Source: a virus (lineage: Duplodnaviria > Heunggongvirae > Uroviricota > Caudoviricetes). From it: a stretch of 37,093 nt of DNA. Positions within the stretch are counted from its first letter, which is position 1. Each line of letters starts with the position of its first letter. Shown in pieces: positions 28,021 to 37,093 of the stretch. Under the pieces are notes generated by a model. It was not told the origin of the DNA and did no database searches. It saw nothing but the letters and a program-made list of their open reading frames with translations. Where the stretch lies: the IMG/VR virus record IMGVR_UViG_2740892211_000019; one strand, given 5' to 3'. The position numbers and the translations under genes were made by a program.

Positions 28021-28515
28021 TCAGAGCAGCCCCTTAACTGAGCTGGCCGCGCTATTAAGGGATGATGTCACCTTATCTTTGAAGCCGGACAACATATCGC
28101 TGAACGATGAGGATTGCAGGCGCTCCCGCAAATCCTCATCACAGCGTTCAAGAGTCAGTGAAAATTCTATCTTTTTCGCCTTACCGTAGCGATCAAACTC
28201 GGAACGGGTCGTATTCGTTTCAGTCAGTACATACATGCCGTAAATCTGCCCGACACCATCAATCAGAGGCCAGGGCCGTCCTGTATATGCCTGCGTGGTC
28301 AGCAATGAAAGCGACACTTCGCCACCTGTAATTTCAGGATAAAGCACGCCGGAAAGCACAATGCGATCATCACCTGCACCGATATACTGCCAGCTTGCTG
28401 AACGGTTAACGCGTTCATTTTTCACATGCCGCCAGCTTTTGTTTTGCTGTAACTGCTGATGCGGCAATGTGCGCAGCTCAAAAACAAACATGCCGTAGAT
28501 CATCATCATGACCAT
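28021..28515 (-). CDS. U: Tail protein U (P2 gpU-like)
   Basis: ORF track, 164 aa; follows the tape-measure gene on the minus strand. Confidence 0.85.
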   Translation of the reverse strand: MVMMMIYGMFVFELRTLPHQQLQQNKSWRHVKNERVNRSASWQYIGAGDDRIVLSGVLYPEITGGEVSLSLLTTQAYTGRPWPLIDGVGQIYGMYVLTETNTTRSEFDRYGKAKKIEFSLTLERCDEDLRERLQSSSFSDMLSGFKDKVTSSLNSAASSVKGLL

Positions 28516-28521
28516 GACTCC

Positions 28522-31362
28522 TCAATCTTTATCGTAAAAACTGCCACGCCCGGCACGGGCGCGCCGTTCCATCTCTGCCCTGACCATTTCACCGACCAGT
28601 TTCGCCAGTTCGCGGGGATTCTGCGTAACAACGTTATGCAGATGAACATGAATTTCACCGCAAAATCCGGAGACAGCAGGCTCCCGGTTACGGGAAGTTG
28701 CAGGAACTGATGCCACTGGCGATCGTATGGCCTCCGCCACCGGGCGGGAGCTGGCCGCAACAACAGGGACCAGCGCCGGAGGCAGCGGAGCCGAGACCAC
28801 GGGTGTGATATTAATTGCGGGGGGCTTACTGACCTGCGCAATCTTCTGCTCCTGCCACTCCCCACGAACAGCAAGTGCGCGGGGCAGGTTCTTAAAGACA
28901 ATATCGCCGGGGCCAATGCGTTTTTTCGTCTCATCAACCAGCTTACCTGTGTTATCAGCAATTTTGCTGAGTCTGCGTAGCGTCCCGGTATTGCTGTCTG
29001 TGAGCGGTTTGTTGTCTTTGGGTTTATCACCTCCGGTGCCATTGCCATTTTCCACAGGCTTCGGCGGATTGATTTTCGCCAGGTCCCCCTGAAGCAAGGC
29101 AACCTTGTCCTGAAGAATGGCCGCACGCTGTGCGTCTTCGATTTTCTTGCGCGCCCTTTCAGCTTCATCCGGAAGGACGCCAAGTTTTTCAAGTATCCAC
29201 GCCAGCGTATCCAGTAGCATTTTTGCAGGTGTCAGAACAAGCTGTAACGCACCGCCAAGAACGTTACCGAATATCTCGCCAGCACTGGTACATTTATCCA
29301 GCGTTTCCTTACTGGACTCCATCGGTGACAGCAGCGATTTAAACCAGTTAAACACCTGGCTGATCCCGCTTCCGATTGCGTCAAAAACAGGGCCAAACCG
29401 TTCAAAGGTTTCGCGCAACGGAGCCAGCCGTTCCATAATCCCACTGAACACCCCTGCATAAAACGCCTTGATGGGTTCCCAGTATTTCCAGATGAGAACC
29501 GCCGCAGCCACAAACGCAGCAGCAATCAATCCGACCGGACTGAACAGCGCCCCGATAGCGCCTCCCAGTAACGAAATGGAACCCGTCACCATTCCCCATA
29601 ATGCAGGCAGAACCCTGACAACATTCAATGATCCGGTCAGGAGGGAAAAACCAAGACGCAGTTTTGCCAGTGGGCCAGCAAGCACACCAATAGCCAGCGA
29701 CAACGAGCCTATGGTTGCAGTCATTGCCAGCAGAGCACCGCCTGCAACCAGTAGCTGGCGCGTCAGTGCCGGATGGGCCTGCGCCAGCGCCGTCACCTTC
29801 GATACCACCCGCGTGAGCCACTGCGTGACAGAACGCAGCGGACCGTCAATCAGATCTGCAATGCGGATGCGCAACCCTTCCCATGCACTGCCGAGTGATT
29901 TCAGATCGCCGTCAAGGTTGTTGGCCATAACCTTTGCTGTGCGTTCAGCCTCACCGCGCGCGCCTTCAAGTTCTTTTCTCAGTTTGGGTAAGGAGCCGTC
30001 ACCTGCCGCATCAACGAGGGCCATAAATGATGTGAAAGCCTCTTCTCCGGCAATGTCCTTAAAGAACGATACCCGGTCAACTTCCCCGTATTTGCGGGTG
30101 GCTTTATAAAGGTCAGCCAGCAGATCTTCCATCGGGCGCATTTTGCCGTTCGCGTCAGAGACGGACACGCCCAGCTCTTTCAGCGCCTCTGCTGCTGCCT
30201 TTGGCGGTGATGCCAGACGAGCCAGGCTGGCACGCATTGCCGTCCCGGCATCACTCCCTCTGATACCCATATTCGCCAGCACGCCAGCCATCGCTGCGGC
30301 CTGCTCCAGCGATATTCCCAGCTTACCCGCCACCGGACCGGCATATTTCATGGTTTCGCCCAGTGCGCGAAGGTCAGTGTTGGTACGGGTAAACGCTGCA
30401 GTGAGTGTGTCACCGACCCGGTCCATCTGGTCAGCAGAAAGGCCGAACTGCGTCAGGATATTTGAGCCAATATCCGCCGTCTCGCCGAGATCCATACCGC
30501 CAGCCGTTGCCATGCTCAACACGCCGGGAAGCGCAGCCTGAATGGCCTGCGGTGTGAAGCCAGCCATTGCAAGAAATGCCTGCCCACTGGCGGCATCGCC
30601 TGCGGTGAACTGCGTTTCAGAGCCAAGTTTTAACGCCTGCTCACGCAGCGCCTTAAACTGCGGGCTGTTCTGGTCGATTCGCGTCAGCGCCTGAACGCGG
30701 GACATCTCTTTCCCGAACCCGATTGCGGGCTGCAAAAAACGCCCGGCAGCATAGCCGCCCGCCGCTGCCGCACCAATTGCCAGTACACCACCTGTTTTCA
30801 GTTTTCCCGCTGTTTCCTGCGCACGCGAATACCGCTCACGCGCCCGCGTTACACGCGCAAGCGCCTGCCGTTCGCGTTCAAGCTGGTTGTTGTACTGTTC
30901 GGTGCGCCTGATGGCCTGTTGAATGGTGTTATCGCTGCCTGTCAGGGAAATGCCGTGGCGTTTCAGCTCTCCGCCAAGCTCCCGCATTTTCTGAATTTCC
31001 CGTGTGCGCGATTCATTCAGGCGTTCAAGCCGGGTGCTTAACTGCTGCATCAGCTTTTGTTGCTTTTCGCTGAGCACTGTACCCGTGCGTTGTAACTGAT
31101 TAAGGGCGTTAAGCTGGCGTCGTGCTTTCACGATACCCGCATCCGCTTTACTGACAGCGTCGCGGGCGCGCTCAAATGAACGCGCCTGACGCTCGAGATT
31201 TTTGATCGCCCCCTGCGTTCGCTGGATGGAGTCACCAAACTGCCCCATCAGGCGGCGGGCGTTTTCGGCAGGCCGGGTCAGCCTGTCAACGGCGCTGAAA
31301 GCGACCCGGATATCAAGAGTCTTCATTGTCTGCATTCCCGCTGCGAAGTGCCGCCCGCTCAC
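28522..31362 (-). CDS. T: Tail tape measure protein (P2 gpT-like)
   Basis: ORF track, 946 aa; coiled-coil-rich N-terminal part and Gly/Ala-rich hydrophobic segments; synteny. Confidence 0.9.
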   Translation of the reverse strand: MSGRHFAAGMQTMKTLDIRVAFSAVDRLTRPAENARRLMGQFGDSIQRTQGAIKNLERQARSFERARDAVSKADAGIVKARRQLNALNQLQRTGTVLSEKQQKLMQQLSTRLERLNESRTREIQKMRELGGELKRHGISLTGSDNTIQQAIRRTEQYNNQLERERQALARVTRARERYSRAQETAGKLKTGGVLAIGAAAAGGYAAGRFLQPAIGFGKEMSRVQALTRIDQNSPQFKALREQALKLGSETQFTAGDAASGQAFLAMAGFTPQAIQAALPGVLSMATAGGMDLGETADIGSNILTQFGLSADQMDRVGDTLTAAFTRTNTDLRALGETMKYAGPVAGKLGISLEQAAAMAGVLANMGIRGSDAGTAMRASLARLASPPKAAAEALKELGVSVSDANGKMRPMEDLLADLYKATRKYGEVDRVSFFKDIAGEEAFTSFMALVDAAGDGSLPKLRKELEGARGEAERTAKVMANNLDGDLKSLGSAWEGLRIRIADLIDGPLRSVTQWLTRVVSKVTALAQAHPALTRQLLVAGGALLAMTATIGSLSLAIGVLAGPLAKLRLGFSLLTGSLNVVRVLPALWGMVTGSISLLGGAIGALFSPVGLIAAAFVAAAVLIWKYWEPIKAFYAGVFSGIMERLAPLRETFERFGPVFDAIGSGISQVFNWFKSLLSPMESSKETLDKCTSAGEIFGNVLGGALQLVLTPAKMLLDTLAWILEKLGVLPDEAERARKKIEDAQRAAILQDKVALLQGDLAKINPPKPVENGNGTGGDKPKDNKPLTDSNTGTLRRLSKIADNTGKLVDETKKRIGPGDIVFKNLPRALAVRGEWQEQKIAQVSKPPAINITPVVSAPLPPALVPVVAASSRPVAEAIRSPVASVPATSRNREPAVSGFCGEIHVHLHNVVTQNPRELAKLVGEMVRAEMERRARAGRGSFYDKD

Positions 31363-31842
31363 GCCAGCTAACCACTTCGCCGGGCGTCATCATGAAGATT
31401 TCGGCGGGCGACCAGTTAAAAATAACGGCAATATCTGCCACAAAGTCTTCTATATGCTCAAAGCACACAACCGTGATCAGGCTTCCGTCGCCTGTTCGTT
31501 CTTCCCGCCAGAGTCCGCACCGCTCAAAAAATTTACGGCAACCACACATAACTGAATAAAGTCACGGGATGCCATTTTTTTGATCGTCACTTCATCCAGT
31601 CGCGGTGATGTCACGCGTGACAGCAGCGTAAACATGGATTCCGCTTTCAGATTCAGCACATCAGACAACGACAAATCTCGCAGAGATCCAGCCTGCTCAA
31701 TAGCTCCGGTGATCTCCACATACGTGATTTTTTCGCCGCCTCGCTCAATTGGTTGGGTAAGTTTTACGCCACGCTCACTGGTTTCTTTCACAGTGTCAGC
31801 AACGACCGTGTTTTCGGTATCGATGTTTTTCGTCTCTTTCAT
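31313..31842 (-). CDS. E': Tail assembly chaperone E+E' (-1 programmed frameshift product)
   Basis: Slippery heptamer T_TTT_TTG on the minus strand (plus coordinates 31525..31531) falls on the AAT-TTT-TTG codons of E. The -1 frame is open from there to 31313 and overlaps the start of T, as in P2. Confidence 0.6.
31477..31842 (-). CDS. E: Tail assembly chaperone E (P2 gpE-like)
   Basis: ORF track, 121 aa; RBS AAGGAG on the minus strand; ends in ...AVNFLSGADSGG.... Confidence 0.8.
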   Translation of the reverse strand: MKETKNIDTENTVVADTVKETSERGVKLTQPIERGGEKITYVEITGAIEQAGSLRDLSLSDVLNLKAESMFTLLSRVTSPRLDEVTIKKMASRDFIQLCVVAVNFLSGADSGGKNEQATEA

Positions 31843-31896
31843 CAGGAAACTCCTTTCAGTCAGAGGCGACGCACTGCGCCGCCTGCATATTACTTA

Positions 31897-32409
31897 TCAG
31901 CCAAGCCCAAGCGCGGAACGGATGCGATCGGGCACAATGTCTTTGCCGTCCTTCCGGTAAATGAAATTCAGCAGGTCAATCTCCCACAACGGGCGATCGT
32001 TAACACTCAGCTTGTAGTAGGTGTTTTTAATGGCGTAAGTGTGTGATGTGGCTTCGCCCTGTTTGGCTTCCCCCATATCAATTTCCGTCACACGTCCGCG
32101 CATTTCGACTTCATACAGGTCGCTTTCTGCATCGGTGTAGTATTCACCCGCAAAACGCAGCAGCGTGCCGTCAATCGTGCCGCCATACTTCAGGAACAGC
32201 TCACGAACTGCGCCCCCCATGACAAAGCTCGCATCAAGCGCGGAGTCGTCCAGACCGAGATCAATACTTACCGCCCCCATCATGCCACCACCACGATAGC
32301 TGTCGGTTTTGCGCGTCAGTTTAGGCAAGGTGACGGACGTCACCTTACCCACTTCGTTTTCACCATCCACAAACAGCGTAAAAAAGCGAAGATGTTTTGG
32401 TACAGCCAT
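31897..32409 (-). CDS. FII: Tail tube protein (P2 gpFII-like)
   Basis: ORF track, 170 aa; synteny after the sheath gene. Confidence 0.9.
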   Translation of the reverse strand: MAVPKHLRFFTLFVDGENEVGKVTSVTLPKLTRKTDSYRGGGMMGAVSIDLGLDDSALDASFVMGGAVRELFLKYGGTIDGTLLRFAGEYYTDAESDLYEVEMRGRVTEIDMGEAKQGEATSHTYAIKNTYYKLSVNDRPLWEIDLLNFIYRKDGKDIVPDRIRSALGLG

Positions 32410-33593
32410 CAGGCACCTCCCAGCACCGCAAATGCGGGACCAAAGAATTCATCAGTAAACGACTGGTAAAGCTCCATGTCTTCCAGCGGAGGAACGGGCG
32501 TATATTTGTAGCGAATACGCACACGCCCCTGACGTAAATCCGTGGTGCTGTTATCCACCACGTCATACCAGCACGACGCCCCAATCAGTTTCCCGGCAGT
32601 AACCAGTGAATCCAGTTTTGCCCTGATGGCACTGATAACATCCTTCACGTTCGCAGGCGTCAGTGGACTGTCGATGGTTTCAAACTGCGCTTCCGCAATT
32701 GAATCAGCCAGCACCTGTGCGGTTCGGGTATACACCTCAAAGATGTAGGCGTTCGTTTCCGGTGTGCGGTTGCCCCAGAAGCGGAACCCGTTGCGACGAA
32801 TAATGGTCGTGATTTCTTTGTTGTTGAGGCTGTTGGCATCACTGTCTTCGGCCTGCAACGACCAGAACACATGCCTGGACATCCCCAGCACATTTTTAAC
32901 CGGAACGTTGGACAGCGATTTGTGCCAGCCCTGCTCATGGTCAATGTACGCACGAAGGCCGCACGCATAGGCAGGCGCGGGGAACGTTTCGTTTTTGCCA
33001 CTTTTCGGGTTGTAGGCGATGAAGTCCGGCCATAAGAGCATCACCTCACGTTCGTTGAATTTCTGGCGGTAGGTAATCGCCTCAGCCATCGTGTTACAGC
33101 CGTGACATGAGGCATACACAAACGCGCGCAGTTTACCCGCAATCACGCACAGGGATTTTGTTACCGCCTCCGTGTCCAGCTCCGGCGCGGCCAGAATACG
33201 CGGACGGTATCCGATGCTTTCATCCTGCTCTGCAACAAGCAGCGCATACATCCCCGTATAGCTGCCGTCAGATTCAGAACCACCGATAACCAGTTGATCC
33301 TGCGTTTTTCCGTCTTCTTCTTTGTGTTCAGCCACGCGAACGACGATCACCTTTGTGCTCACCTGGTCTGCGATGGCCTTAAGCGCACGATAAAGCGTCC
33401 CCGTTGTCCCGCATTTTCCCAGCACGTCATTGACGCGGGTCAGCAGTGTGGGCTTGTTCAGCGGGAACAGCTTCGCGTCCGCATCATCCGCCGTTGCCAC
33501 GATACCGATAACGCTGGAATCAACATCGTTAATCGCTGTTACCAGGTCGGTATTTTCCGTAACACGGGCACCATGAAAACGAGTTTCACTCAT
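32409..33593 (-). CDS. FI: Contractile tail sheath protein (P2 gpFI-like)
   Basis: ORF track, 394 aa; motifs such as TLIRRNGFRFWGNRT and YKYTPVPPLE match the P2 sheath as I recall it. Confidence 0.9.
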   Translation of the reverse strand: MSETRFHGARVTENTDLVTAINDVDSSVIGIVATADDADAKLFPLNKPTLLTRVNDVLGKCGTTGTLYRALKAIADQVSTKVIVVRVAEHKEEDGKTQDQLVIGGSESDGSYTGMYALLVAEQDESIGYRPRILAAPELDTEAVTKSLCVIAGKLRAFVYASCHGCNTMAEAITYRQKFNEREVMLLWPDFIAYNPKSGKNETFPAPAYACGLRAYIDHEQGWHKSLSNVPVKNVLGMSRHVFWSLQAEDSDANSLNNKEITTIIRRNGFRFWGNRTPETNAYIFEVYTRTAQVLADSIAEAQFETIDSPLTPANVKDVISAIRAKLDSLVTAGKLIGASCWYDVVDNSTTDLRQGRVRIRYKYTPVPPLEDMELYQSFTDEFFGPAFAVLGGA

Positions 33594-33750
33594 AGCTTCA
33601 GCCCCTTGTATCCGTTAAATGATTCGGCAACAATCATCACCCACCACGCGCGTAATCTCACCCCTGCGCCGTTCTCCCGCCACGGCGACAACAAAAAGCA
33701 GTAACCCCCTCCGCACGCACATGCGACCATGCCGCACAGGGAGGGAGCAG

Positions 33751-34860
33751 ATGACCGACACCACCATGCAATTGCTCAGTCAGGGCACAGACCCCGTAAA
33801 AATGCCGGATTTTGATATTCTCGCGGAGGGTAAAACGCTGTCAGGCGTGGCAGAGCGCCTGATGAGCCTGTCACTGACCGACAACCGGGGATTTGAGGCG
33901 GACCAGCTCACCATCACGCTGGATGATGCGGATGGTCAGTTGCAGCTACCGCCACGGGGCGCGCGCCTGACGGTTCTCATTGGCTGGAAGGGAGAACCGC
34001 TGACAGAAAAAGGCACTTACATTGTTGATGAAATCGCTCACGAAGGACCGCCGGACAGGCTGACTGTTTCAGCCAGAAGCGCAGATTTTCGGGATGAATT
34101 TAACGTTAAACATGAGGTGTCCTGGCATGATGTGACCGTTGAGCGTGTGGTATCCGCCATCGCTCATCGGTATGGTCTGAAACCGCAAATCAGCGAAATG
34201 CTGATGGATATCGAAATCGACCACGCCGACCAGACCGAAGAAAGCGACATGTCCTTCCTTACGCGCATGGCGGAAATGCTGGGCGCAATCACCACGGTAA
34301 AAAGCGGCAATCTGTTATTCATCATGCCAGGTGGTGGCGTGAACGCACAGGGCCAGCCGTTGCCCTCGTTCGCCATTACACGCAGCAGCGGCGATCGCCA
34401 TCAGTTCCGCATTGCTGACCGCGAGGCGTATACGGGGGTACGCGCCTACTGGCTTGATCTTAATTACGGGAAAAAGAAAAAAGTCAGCGTGAAACGCCGT
34501 AAACCGCCAAAACCCAAAAAGGAGAAAAGCAGCAGCCGTGAAGGTGATTATATGGAAGGCGCGGAAGGCAATGTGTTTGTGTTACGCAAGACTTATCAGA
34601 ACGAGCAGGCAGCAAGACGCGCAGCGGCGGCAAAGTGGCAGCAACTACAACGCGGAGCCGCATCATTCTCCATCACGCTGGCGCGTGGACGTGCAGAACT
34701 CTACCCCGAAATGCATGGCACGGTAACAGGATTTAAAAGCGAGATTGATAATCAGGACTGGATTATTGCAAAAGCCGAGCACACCATTGATAACAGCGGC
34801 TTTACCACGCAGCTTGAGCTTGAGGCAAAAATCCCGGAATGGATAGCGGAAACAGAGTGA
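33751..34860 (+). CDS. D: Tail protein D (late control gene D product)
   Basis: ATG at 33751 with GGGAGGGAG upstream, inside ORF 33619..34860. N-terminus (LLSQGTDPVKMPDF ... SLTDNRGFEADQL) resembles P2 gpD as I recall it. Confidence 0.85.
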   Translation: MTDTTMQLLSQGTDPVKMPDFDILAEGKTLSGVAERLMSLSLTDNRGFEADQLTITLDDADGQLQLPPRGARLTVLIGWKGEPLTEKGTYIVDEIAHEGPPDRLTVSARSADFRDEFNVKHEVSWHDVTVERVVSAIAHRYGLKPQISEMLMDIEIDHADQTEESDMSFLTRMAEMLGAITTVKSGNLLFIMPGGGVNAQGQPLPSFAITRSSGDRHQFRIADREAYTGVRAYWLDLNYGKKKKVSVKRRKPPKPKKEKSSSREGDYMEGAEGNVFVLRKTYQNEQAARRAAAAKWQQLQRGAASFSITLARGRAELYPEMHGTVTGFKSEIDNQDWIIAKAEHTIDNSGFTTQLELEAKIPEWIAETE

Positions 34861-34902
34861 GCAACTTAGAATAGCGACAGCACCACGTTAAGGGAGGTCG
34901 CT

Positions 34903-35163
34903 ATGTTCCGTTGTCCGCTTTGTGGCGCATCTGCCCGTATCCGCACCAGTCGTCCGGAAAATGATTCAAACACCGTGCGGCAAAAGTATTACCAGTGTAA
35001 CAACCTGGAATGCGGCGTATGCTTCTCAACACTGGAAGCTTTCCATAAATTCACATCGAAACACGCCTCCGGCGTTCACTCATCAGAAGGTATCCCGTGG
35101 CATGAGCTGCCAGCTTCACACAGGGGAAACAATCAGATGAGTTTGCCTTTACCTCAGAATTAA
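34903..35163 (+). CDS. ogr: Ogr/Delta-family zinc-finger late-gene transcription activator
   Basis: MFRCPLCG ... YYQCNNLECGVCF shows the Cys4 zinc-finger spacing of Ogr; position after D matches P2. Confidence 0.85.
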   Translation: MFRCPLCGASARIRTSRPENDSNTVRQKYYQCNNLECGVCFSTLEAFHKFTSKHASGVHSSEGIPWHELPASHRGNNQMSLPLPQN

Positions 35164-35354
35164 CAGGCAGAATTGCCGGAGTAACAAAAAAGCGATAGAT
35201 TACGCGCGGGTGCCTTTCGGCTGATGGTCGGAGGGAATACCCGAAGGCCAGATGTGGAAAGGCCCCGAGTCAACTTTAACGTTAACCCGAGGCCCTAACC
35301 ATCTACCCTCAGCAAGTGATAGGTTAGCGCCTCCCCGAAAAAGGAGCAAGCGCT

Positions 35355-35495
35355 ATGTCGCAAAAATCGCTTACGGCCATCACATTCTGCGTGACGGCAA
35401 TCCTCATCATCTGGATGCTGCACGGTTCGCTGTGTGAAATACGGATGAGTTTCTGGGGAGCGGAGTTTGCGGCGTTCTTACAGTGTAAGCAGTAA
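35355..35495 (+). CDS. hok: Hok/Gef-family type I toxin (46 aa)
   Basis: Hand translation MSQKSLTAITFCVTAILIIWMLHGSLCEIRMSFWGAEFAAFLQCKQ: TM helix, then the conserved SLCE(I/L) and AAF(L/M) blocks of Hok proteins. AAGGAG RBS 8 nt upstream. An overlapping upstream frame (35252..35437) may be mok-like. Confidence 0.7.
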   Translation: MSQKSLTAITFCVTAILIIWMLHGSLCEIRMSFWGAEFAAFLQCKQ

Positions 35496-35589
35496 GGAAA
35501 CCGCGACGGGGAAGGCAACTTCCCCGTCAATCGGTTGCCAGGGTAAAGGTCGAAAAGGCACCCTATTTCCAGTTGACGTGAACAACAAG

Positions 35590-35621
35590 CCCGCAGCGTA
35601 AAAACTGCGGGTTTTCTTTTT
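35590..35621 (+). terminator. Rho-independent terminator (CCCGCAG-cgtaaaaa-CTGCGGG followed by TTTTCTTTTT)
   Basis: Read directly from the sequence, downstream of the hok-like ORF. Confidence 0.65.
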
Positions 35622-35654
35622 GGTTCCCTCACTCATGAGGACACCAAAAAACAA

Positions 35655-35684
35655 AGCCCACAGCATAGAAGCTGTGGGCTTTTT
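35655..35684. terminator. Bidirectional intrinsic terminator (AGCCCACAGC-ataga-AGCTGTGGGCT)
   Basis: Stem followed by TTTTT on the plus strand and by TTTGTTTTTTGG on the minus strand. Confidence 0.6.
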
Positions 35685-35800
35685 GCATTCAAAGATGGAC
35701 GTTATATGGACACTTAAAAATAAAATCCATTTATTTTCAAATGATTAAACCTCTACTTAAAGCGCCCGCAGGCGCTTTTTAGATTCAGAAAAATTGGGTA

Positions 35801-37093
<1,293 letters not shown>

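Noticed and set aside
28727-30541. Several plus-strand ORFs (121 to 213 aa) inside the tape-measure region
   Set aside because: Antisense shadows of the 946-aa tape-measure gene; Ser/Pro/Ala-rich low-complexity translations.
35164-35354. tRNA or tmRNA gene serving as the integration target at the prophage end
   Set aside because: No cloverleaf-compatible sequence (no GTTC-type T-arm or CCA-proximal acceptor pairing) could be identified by eye; the stem-loops here are better explained as the hok mRNA leader. attR remains unlocated.
35252-35437. 61-aa ORF overlapping the hok-like gene in another frame
   Set aside because: Not called as an independent gene; its position is consistent with a mok-like overlapping frame, but this cannot be established from sequence alone.

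Overview
The window is an almost complete P2-like (Peduovirus-type) prophage of about 35 kb, running from the stop codon of its tyrosine integrase (position 1) to a junction beside a complete host serS gene (35801..37093, minus strand). All calls rest on reading the supplied ORF translations and the raw sequence, and on recalled family motifs; no database search or computation was run. The backbone is recognisable throughout: int, an HTH repressor, a Cox-like early gene, a run of small early ORFs, the gpA rolling-circle replication initiator, portal and large terminase (Q, P), the head genes (O, N, M, L), tail X, a lysis cassette, the baseplate and tail-fibre genes (R, S, V, W, J, I, H, G), then sheath, tube, E/E', tape measure, U, D and Ogr. 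Accessory cargo sits at the two classical P2 hotspots and elsewhere. (1) Between gpA and the portal gene there is a four-gene operon: a ParM/StbA actin-like ATPase, a ParR-like protein and two uncharacterised acidic proteins, flanked by palindromic and phased repeats. This plasmid-type partition module inside an integrated prophage is the most interesting candidate for an undescribed system. (2) Between tail-fibre assembly gene G and the tail genes there is an AT-rich hexapeptide-repeat acetyltransferase. (3) Between the lysis cassette and gpR there is a NanS-p-like sialate O-acetylesterase. (4) Between ogr and serS there is a Hok-family type I toxin. The sheath-tube-E-T-U block is inverted relative to gpD/ogr and the rest of the late genes, which breaks the canonical FETUD operon. 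A structured leader with a cUUCGg hairpin lies upstream of the genes preceding gpA.
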